Assembly (NCBI GenBank): GCA_945873295.1
Contig: CAMCCS010000001.1
Span: 19,469 to 83,468, forward strand
Length of the DNA: 64,000 nt
Source of the DNA: an uncultured Clostridia bacterium
Lineage (GTDB): Bacteria > Bacillota > Clostridia > Oscillospirales > Oscillospiraceae
Direction of reading: 5' to 3'
This document shows positions 57,390-64,000 of this stretch, piece by piece; positions within the stretch are counted from its first letter, which is position 1, and each line of letters starts with the position of its first letter. The translations under genes and the position numbers were made by a program. Under the pieces are notes generated by a model. That model searched no databases and was not told the origin of the DNA. It saw only the letters and a list, made by a program, of their open reading frames with translations.

Positions 57390-58251
57390 GCTGCGTCCCC
57401 CCTTTCAGCGCCATCAGTGCTTCCTCCGCCTGGGAAAGGGTATAGACATTGGGCACATCCAGGCCCATATGGCGAAGCCGGAGGAACACCTGGGTAACAT
57501 AGGGGATGCTGAGGCCCATTTCCACCAGCTCCTCCGCATGGGTAAACACCTCCGCGGGGGGCGCATCCATGACGAGCCTGGAACCGCACAGCACCAGCAG
57601 GCGGTCGGTAAGCCGGGCCACATCCTCCATGGAGTGGCTGACCATCACCACGGCGGCGTTCCGGCTGACCCGGTAAGCACCGATCTGGTCCAGAATCTCT
57701 TTTCTGCCGACGGGGTCCAGGCCTGCGGTAGGCTCGTCCAGAATCAGCACCTCCGGCTCCATTGCCATAACCCCGGCGATGGCCGCCCGGCGCTTCTGTC
57801 CGCCGGAAAGGTCAAAGGGGGACGCTTTCAGCTGGTCGTCGGTGATGCCCACCAGCTCCGCGGCGCTGCGGACCCGGCGGTCCACTTCCTTCTCATCCAG
57901 GCCCATGTTCTTCGGCCCGAAGGCAATATCCTGATATACCGTCTCTTCAAAGAGCTGGTATTCCGGATACTGGAACACCAGGCCCACCCGAAACCGGGCC
58001 TGCCGGGTAAGCTTTTTGTCCGACCAAATATCCCTGCCGTCCAGCAGGACCTGGCCGGAGGTGGGCTTTAAGAGCCCGTTGAGCTGCTGCATCAGGGTGG
58101 ACTTGCCGGAGCCGGTATGCCCGATGACCCCCACAAACTCTCCCCGGTGCAGGGAAAAGGATACACTTTCCAGCGCCCGGTGCTCAAAGGGCGTGCCTGC
58201 GCTGTATACATAGGAGATATTTCTGACCTCAAGAATCGGTTCCAAATTCAT
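57382..58251 (-). CDS. ecfA2: ECF transporter ATPase A2
   Basis: GTPFE, GHTGSGKST, FQYPEYQLF, LSGGQKRR. Confidence 0.92.
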   Translation of the reverse strand: MNLEPILEVRNISYVYSAGTPFEHRALESVSFSLHRGEFVGVIGHTGSGKSTLMQQLNGLLKPTSGQVLLDGRDIWSDKKLTRQARFRVGLVFQYPEYQLFEETVYQDIAFGPKNMGLDEKEVDRRVRSAAELVGITDDQLKASPFDLSGGQKRRAAIAGVMAMEPEVLILDEPTAGLDPVGRKEILDQIGAYRVSRNAAVVMVSHSMEDVARLTDRLLVLCGSRLVMDAPPAEVFTHAEELVEMGLSIPYVTQVFLRLRHMGLDVPNVYTLSQAEEALMALKGGTQHA

Positions 58252-58263
58252 TCCTCCAGCGGA

Positions 58264-59112
58264 TCAGGCCTTTACCCAATCGTAAAGTGCCTGTGCGCAT
58301 TCTTCAGGGCTGATGGCGTCCAGGGGAAGCCCCGCTCCCCTGCCGTTCAGTTCGTTGCAGAGCTCCACTGTCTCCGGGGCCGCGAGACCAATGCTGTGGA
58401 GCAGCTCCACCTGACGGAACACTTCCTTTGGGGTTCCGTCTGCGGCGATCTTTCCCTTGTGCAGCACCACCACCCGCTGGGCTTCGGCAGCTTCCTCCAT
58501 GTGGTGGGTAATGAGGACGATGGTAATGCCCTTCTCCCGGTTCAGCTTCTTCACGGTATCAATGACATCCTTCCGGCCCCGGGGGTCCAGCATAGCGGTT
58601 GGCTCGTCCAGCACAATGCACTTGGGCTCCATAGCCAGGATGCCCGCAATGGCGATGCGCTGCTTCTGTCCGCCGGACAGAAGATGGGGGGCATGCTCCC
58701 GGTATTCGTACATTCCCACCTGGCGCAGGGCCTGGTCCACTCTGCGGCGGATCTCCGGGCTGGCAACCCCCAGATTTTCCGGGCCAAAAGCCACATCCTC
58801 CTCCACCACATTGGCAACGATCTGGTTGTCCGGGTTCTGGAAGACCATGCCCACCGCCCGGCGGACTGCCATCAGACGGTCCTCATCGGCAGTATCCATT
58901 CCGCAGACATACACCTTCCCGCCGGAGGGCAGGAGGATGGAATTAAAATGCTTGGCAAGGGTGGATTTTCCGCAGCCGTTGGTGCCCAGCACCGCCACAA
59001 AGCTTCCCGCTTCCACCTGCAGGCTCAGATCTTCAAATACCGTCACACCCGGCGCTCCATCCAGCCCGGGATAGGCAAAGCGGAGATGCTCCGCAGAAAT
59101 GATATTTTCCAA
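58264..59112 (-). CDS. ecfA1: ECF transporter ATPase A1
   Basis: GTNGCGKST, FQNPDNQ, LSGGQKQR; probable TTG start. Confidence 0.92.
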   Translation of the reverse strand: MENIISAEHLRFAYPGLDGAPGVTVFEDLSLQVEAGSFVAVLGTNGCGKSTLAKHFNSILLPSGGKVYVCGMDTADEDRLMAVRRAVGMVFQNPDNQIVANVVEEDVAFGPENLGVASPEIRRRVDQALRQVGMYEYREHAPHLLSGGQKQRIAIAGILAMEPKCIVLDEPTAMLDPRGRKDVIDTVKKLNREKGITIVLITHHMEEAAEAQRVVVLHKGKIAADGTPKEVFRQVELLHSIGLAAPETVELCNELNGRGAGLPLDAISPEECAQALYDWVKA

Positions 59113-59114
59113 GC

Positions 59115-59993
59115 TTATTCCTCCGAATCCGGTGTCCACCGTCCCGCCGCGCCGCAGGGCAGCACCAGGCCGCTGGCTTTCACCGGCAGTCCCAGTTCCC
59201 CGGCCTTTGTGCTCCCGCCGTAACGGGCGGCAAAAACCGTGTCCGCGCAGTAGCTGACGGCGGAGGGGGCCAGGCCGGTGGTATAGGAATTGATGATTAC
59301 AAACAGCGGATTGTCGGAGAGCAGCTTTACGGTCTCCTGGAGGAACGGGTAAAAGCTGGTCTCCATCTTCCAGACCTCGCCGCTGGGGCCCCGGCCATAG
59401 CTGGGCGGGTCCATGATGATCCCGTCGTAGCGTCTTCCCCGGCGGATCTCCCGCTGGATGAACTTGGCGCAGTCGTCCACAATCCAGTGAATGGGCTTAT
59501 CTCCCAGGCCGGACAGGACCGCGTTTTCCTTGGCCCAGGCCACCATGCCCTTGGCGGCGTCCACATGGTAAACCTCCGCTCCCCCGGCAGCGGCAGCCAG
59601 GGTGGCGCCGCCGGAATAGGCAAACAGGTTCAGCACCCGCACAGGCCGGTGGGCATCCGCCACTTTTTGGCGGATAAAGTCCCAGTTAGCCGCCTGCTCC
59701 GGGAAAACACCGGTGTGCTTAAAATTCATGGGCTTGACTTGAAAGGTCAAGAAGCCACCGTACCCGATTTTCCAGGAAGCGGGCAGATCGTGATCCGACC
59801 AGCGGCCGCCGCCGGTGCTGGAGCGGATATACCGGGCATCGTACCGCTTCCACTGGGGCGCGGTGCGGGGGGTGGTCCAGATCACCTGGGGATCCGGGCG
59901 GACCAGGATATAGTCTCCCCACCGCTCCAAACGCTCCCCATCGGAGGCATCCAGCACCTCATAGTCCTTCCACTGGTCTGAAATCCATAGCAT
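59115..59993 (-). CDS. Class I SAM-dependent methyltransferase (RlmI/RlmK-like)
   Basis: HTGVFPEQ, LNLFAYSGG, MDPPSYGRG. Confidence 0.85.
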   Translation of the reverse strand: MLWISDQWKDYEVLDASDGERLERWGDYILVRPDPQVIWTTPRTAPQWKRYDARYIRSSTGGGRWSDHDLPASWKIGYGGFLTFQVKPMNFKHTGVFPEQAANWDFIRQKVADAHRPVRVLNLFAYSGGATLAAAAGGAEVYHVDAAKGMVAWAKENAVLSGLGDKPIHWIVDDCAKFIQREIRRGRRYDGIIMDPPSYGRGPSGEVWKMETSFYPFLQETVKLLSDNPLFVIINSYTTGLAPSAVSYCADTVFAARYGGSTKAGELGLPVKASGLVLPCGAAGRWTPDSEE

Positions 59994-60059
59994 ATGTTTC
60001 CTCTTTCCCAAACGAACTGGTTCTGTCTCTTTTTTCCGTCCTGCAAAGAAAGCCCTGTC

Positions 60060-62849
60060 TTACCACAGGCCGCTGTCTCCGCCGCCGGGCTGTGTGCCAC
60101 CCTCAGGCTGTGTGTCTCCGCCGGGCTGGTCGTCACCGCCCCAGATGCCGGGATCCGATTCCCCCGGCAGGGTCTCAATGGTCGACTGATACGCGTCCCA
60201 GGCTTCCTTGGTATGCAGGGGGCACTCCAGGTAGGGCGCGTTGGAATTGGCATTGGCATTTCCCCGGAATCCGTGCCAGGGCAGAGGGTCGCCGCTGCTG
60301 TCCACGAGGAAGACATAGGAATCATCATAAAATTCCGAGCTGAGTCCCACACTCATGGCATTGCGGATTTCCTCTACCTCTTTCTCGGTCAATCTCACAA
60401 GAGACCGGGCCTTGATCTCGGTATCCGGGAAGAGTGCGCAGTATTCCGTAGTCACACCGCCGCCGGTGACGCAGTACTCCACCATCACATGCTTGTCGCA
60501 GGTAGCGCTGGGAGCATCCGCCGCACTGCAGGGGGCGGTATCCGTCCGGGCAATACCCCGGGCATCGGCACGGCACGCATCCGTAGCAAGCTTTCCGGAA
60601 TCCAGGCACACGGTCACGGTGCGGAAGCTTCCGCCGTCGTACAGGCCCTGCCGGGACAGTCCAGAGTGAATGGGCTCCATGACCTTTTTCCACAGCCGGG
60701 CGGCGGGGTTGCTGGTGACACCGGTGAGAACGATCTTCTCCGGCTGGTTGTAGCCGCACCACACCGCGGCGGTATAGTAGCCCGTATAACCGCAGAACCA
60801 ACGGTCCTTATTGCTGGAAGTTGTACCGGTCTTTCCGGCGACGTTCTGTCCTTTGATCTGGGCGGGGGTGCCGGTACCGCTCTGCACCGCCTGGTACAGG
60901 CAGTAGTTGATATAATTGACGGTCCTGTCACTGAGAATCTTCTCGGATTCCTGGGTATTGTCCAGGACAAGGTTCCCCTGGTTGTTGTACACCTTAGTAT
61001 AGGTCCGGGCCTCCCGGTACACACCGCCGTTGGGGAAGGTGGCATAGGCTGCCGCCATCTGCCGCACGGTGGCACCCACGGTCAGCGCGCCCAGAGCCAG
61101 AGGGGACTGGGCAATATCGGACATGATCTGGCCGTTGGAGGCCTTGTAGCTGTCCGTCAGGTAGCTAAGGCCGAATTTGTTCTTGGCAAAATCATAGCTG
61201 TACTGGGCGCCGATCTCATTGAGGGTGCCCACCGCGATGGTGTTCACAGACCGGATGATACCGCTGAGGATCGTCCGGGAATAATTGTATACCCGGTTGT
61301 CGTTCCGGGGGAACGCGCCGCCGTTGTAGCTATAGGGCAGGTCCTTGATAACGGTAGCAGGACTGATTTCCCCGGTTTCAAAGGCGGGGGCATATACGGA
61401 AATGGGCTTCATGGAGGAACCGGTCTGAAGCTTTGCCTGGGTCGCTTTGTTATAGGCGAAGAAGTCGGTCTTCTCTCCCACGCCGCCGGACAGGGCCACC
61501 ACATCGCCGGTGGAATTGTCAATGACCACGATGGCGGACTGGAGCTGCTGGGTGCTCCGGGTGGTGGGGATCTCATTGAGATCCGTGTATATCTTGTCCA
61601 CCTGGTTCTGCACATCCATATCCAGAGTGGTATAAATATGGTAGCCGCCCTTCTGGATCTGCTCCAGGTAGGTGTTGCGAAGCTCCTCGCCCATTTCGTC
61701 CCACTTAAGGCCGTCCTGGGCCGCGAGATCGGAGGCAACGTCAATAATCACCGCGTCCACAAACCAGGAATAAACGTGCTGGGAGGCATTGAGGGTGACA
61801 GAGGTCTGGCTGCCGCACTCCGGGCAGAAATAGCTGTTTCCTTCATGGGTATAGGTCTTTACCGTGCCCCCGTAGCCGCAGGTATCACACACCGCCCAGC
61901 GGTCTTCATCGGAGATGCCGTCCTTGAAGACCATCTCCTGGTTCACTGCCTCCTCGTATTCCTCCTGGGTCAGGTAGCCCTGCTCCTTCATTTCGTTCAG
62001 GACGCTGAGCTGGCGGTAGCGGTTCCGCCCCGCGCCGTCCCGTTCCTCCCCCTTGTACATATAAACACTAGTGGAGTAGGGGTTAAACATGGAGGGGTTG
62101 TTGGTGATGCTGATAAGGCTGGCACATTCCGCCACGGTCAGGTCCTGCAGTTCCTTGCCGAAGTAGGCCGCCGCCGCGCTCTTGACACCGAAGCAGCCCT
62201 TGCCCAGAAAGATCTGGTTCAGATACCGCTCCATGATCAGGTCCTTATCATATTCCCGCTCAAACATCTGGGCACGGAAAATCTCCATGACCTTTCTCTG
62301 AACGGTAACGCTCTTTTCCTCGGTCACATTCTTGACCAGCTGCTGGGTAATGGTGGAGCCGCCGAACTGGGAGTCACCGCCGAAGAACATATTTGCGCAG
62401 GCCTTAATGGTGGTGATCCAGTCCACCCCCTGATGCTCATAAAACCGCTTGTCCTCGATGGCAACGGTGGCGTCGATCAGAGCCTGGGGAATCTCATCCA
62501 GGGAAGCCGGCTGCCGGTCCGTGGTGGTATAAATCTGCTGCAGCAGCTGAATATTTCCGCCGCTGTCCACATAGTAAATAAAGGAGGTCTCGTCCATGTC
62601 ATAACCGTCAATGGACCAGTCCGCCGCTTCGGTAAGAATGTCTTCCTGCAGATACACGCCCAAGGCTCCCACAAAAACAATGCCGCAGACGATCAAAATC
62701 AGCGCGACCGTAACGGCGGCGCCGACAGCGATTTTAAAAGCAGACAGCGCAACCGAAAAGACAGTGTACAGGAGCTTGATAATCCAGTGGGGATTCCACT
62801 CCTGCCTGGGCTTTTTGACCCGCTTTCTGTTTTTCTTTTCATTTGCCAT
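60060..62849 (-). CDS. Class A penicillin-binding protein (PBP1A family)
   Basis: TM; EDKRF..H.G, GGSTITQQL, RK..E; SSMK, SVN, KTGT. Confidence 0.93.
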   Translation of the reverse strand: MANEKKNRKRVKKPRQEWNPHWIIKLLYTVFSVALSAFKIAVGAAVTVALILIVCGIVFVGALGVYLQEDILTEAADWSIDGYDMDETSFIYYVDSGGNIQLLQQIYTTTDRQPASLDEIPQALIDATVAIEDKRFYEHQGVDWITTIKACANMFFGGDSQFGGSTITQQLVKNVTEEKSVTVQRKVMEIFRAQMFEREYDKDLIMERYLNQIFLGKGCFGVKSAAAAYFGKELQDLTVAECASLISITNNPSMFNPYSTSVYMYKGEERDGAGRNRYRQLSVLNEMKEQGYLTQEEYEEAVNQEMVFKDGISDEDRWAVCDTCGYGGTVKTYTHEGNSYFCPECGSQTSVTLNASQHVYSWFVDAVIIDVASDLAAQDGLKWDEMGEELRNTYLEQIQKGGYHIYTTLDMDVQNQVDKIYTDLNEIPTTRSTQQLQSAIVVIDNSTGDVVALSGGVGEKTDFFAYNKATQAKLQTGSSMKPISVYAPAFETGEISPATVIKDLPYSYNGGAFPRNDNRVYNYSRTILSGIIRSVNTIAVGTLNEIGAQYSYDFAKNKFGLSYLTDSYKASNGQIMSDIAQSPLALGALTVGATVRQMAAAYATFPNGGVYREARTYTKVYNNQGNLVLDNTQESEKILSDRTVNYINYCLYQAVQSGTGTPAQIKGQNVAGKTGTTSSNKDRWFCGYTGYYTAAVWCGYNQPEKIVLTGVTSNPAARLWKKVMEPIHSGLSRQGLYDGGSFRTVTVCLDSGKLATDACRADARGIARTDTAPCSAADAPSATCDKHVMVEYCVTGGGVTTEYCALFPDTEIKARSLVRLTEKEVEEIRNAMSVGLSSEFYDDSYVFLVDSSGDPLPWHGFRGNANANSNAPYLECPLHTKEAWDAYQSTIETLPGESDPGIWGGDDQPGGDTQPEGGTQPGGGDSGLW

Positions 62850-63068
62850 TGGGATACCTCCGATAGCCCGGCCGACGCCGGGAAGAATCATTGCTTGGCA
62901 ACCTCTAAAACTGTTTTTTGAGGTGCTCGCTTTTTGTGAATCGGTCACACGGTACAGAGCCGTTCATACAACTATAGCATATTCTAGCCAAAAACGAAAG
63001 ACCTAATTTATTAATAAACCATAAAATCCGGGAGATACTATCCGAAAGGAGGCATCCATAAAGAGGTT

Positions 63069-63299
63069 ATGGTAAAAAATGTTAAGAACGCGCTCCTGGC
63101 GCTGCTTTTATCCGGGCTTGTCCTGGGCATCCATGGCGGAAATCTGGCGCTTCTGGACGGGGAAACCGGAAAAGCAATTGAAGTATTTCCCCTTCGGGCC
63201 TGTCTGCTTCCGCCCGCGGACCAGGAAAGTCTTGCAAAGGGGATCCGCGTAGGCTCCCGGGATGCGCTGGAGCAGCTGCTGGAGGATTATCTTTCTTAG
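63069..63299 (+). CDS. BofC C-terminal-domain protein
   Basis: LP..DQ..L..GI.V.S...L..LLEDY.S motif; SigF-like -10 box upstream. Confidence 0.7.
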   Translation: MVKNVKNALLALLLSGLVLGIHGGNLALLDGETGKAIEVFPLRACLLPPADQESLAKGIRVGSRDALEQLLEDYLS

Positions 63300-63432
63300 G
63301 AAGCTTCTTCGCAACAGTATGAAATATTTTGATATTTCCGCGTTTATCAAAAAAAACGCGGATTCCCGGTCCTCTGCTGCCGGTATTTTCCCGTGCCAAA
63401 TTTTACCCTGCGGATTCGTATAAAAATGCCTC

Positions 63433-63461
63433 TTGATTTTATTCCTGTCCCGGGGTAGAAT
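63433..63461 (+). promoter_or_regulatory. sigma-A promoter of DUF1292 gene (and probably 6S RNA)
   Basis: TTGATT-17bp-TAGAAT. Confidence 0.65.
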
Positions 63462-63487
63462 AGAGCTACCAGCAGAGAATCAGGAGG

Positions 63488-63775
63488 ATGGCTATGGCGG
63501 ACGAATACGGTTCCGATTTTCTCACCATCGTGGATGAGGACGGCAAGGAATACGAGCTGGAGGTGCTGAGCACCCTGGAATATAACGGCGCAACCTATCT
63601 GGCGGTGGTTCCCGCCGGGGAGGACGACGGCGACAGCCTGGAGGTCAGCATCCTCAAGTCCACGGAGGAGGATGGAGAGCCAATGCTTCTTGCCATCGAG
63701 GACGAGGAGGAGCTGCAGACCGTCTACCGTCTGATTATGGATTCCCTTTACGAGGAAGACGATTCCCAGGCGTAG
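63488..63775 (+). CDS. DUF1292 acidic protein
   Basis: TIVDEDGKEYELE, Y.G..Y, IEDEEE motifs; RBS AGGAGG. Confidence 0.85.
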   Translation: MAMADEYGSDFLTIVDEDGKEYELEVLSTLEYNGATYLAVVPAGEDDGDSLEVSILKSTEEDGEPMLLAIEDEEELQTVYRLIMDSLYEEDDSQA

Positions 63776-63779
63776 TTTT

Positions 63780-63986
63780 CTTCCTGCTTGGTGCGTGGCG
63801 TGTCCTTTTGGACCCACATTTTTGAATTGGGAAGTTTGACTTCCCGGCTGGATTGCAGACCTCCCGCCCTCGCTTAGACGTAGGGTGGACGTTGGGAGCA
63901 GCGAAAGTCGGGAGCGGCATCCCACCTGCCTTTTCGTGCAGGTCATGATTGGATGCGTTACGGCTAAAGCGGGTACGGCATGGGGG
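63780..63986 (+). ncRNA. ssrS: Probable 6S RNA
   Basis: ~200-nt rod: GTGGCGTGTCC pairs with GGATGCGTTAC, and GACC with GGTC; central bubble; motifs GAGCGGCATCCCACCTGC..GCAGGT and GCGGGTACGGCA recalled from Firmicute 6S RNAs; no ORF. Confidence 0.65.
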
Positions 63987-64000
63987 CTTCGGCCCCCATG
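63979..64000 (+). terminator. cUUCGg hairpin at the 3' end of the putative 6S RNA
   Basis: CATGGGGGC-TTCG-GCCCCCATG perfect 9-bp stem; any U-tract would lie outside the window. Confidence 0.6.

Overview
GC-rich chromosomal segment from a spore-forming Clostridia-class bacterium; gene content and order suggest Oscillospiraceae (inference). Most of it is housekeeping or metabolic: xpaC-telA, a glycerol operon, pullulanase, an ECF sigma/anti-sigma pair, TCS-DUF1385-prmC-recA-recX-rimO-pgsA, murB-whiA-dnaE, two LCP genes, Clp ATPase, ecfAAT-truA, PBP1A, BofC-like, DUF1292 and a probable 6S RNA. The standout is a ~12.3 kb, 10-gene surface-fibre operon (4095-16404). It joins a class C sortase pilus module to a SipW/TasA-like module. 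The sortase module has a giant LPQTG adhesin (14 Cys2His2 repeats, a CHAP domain lacking its catalytic Cys, a fibro-slime domain), a backbone pilin and two sortases. The SipW module has two SipW-type signal-peptide proteins, an IPKTG-anchored TasA-like protein and SipW. An anchor-less pilin-Lys protein sits between them, and a multi-hairpin leader precedes the operon. Other oddities: a PyrF homologue lacking its catalytic residues, a zinc-ribbon insertion in PBP1A, a candidate GlpP-type attenuator and four non-autonomous palindromic elements. No tRNA, rRNA, CRISPR array, transposase or prophage gene was seen. All family assignments come from motif recognition by eye, not database searches.
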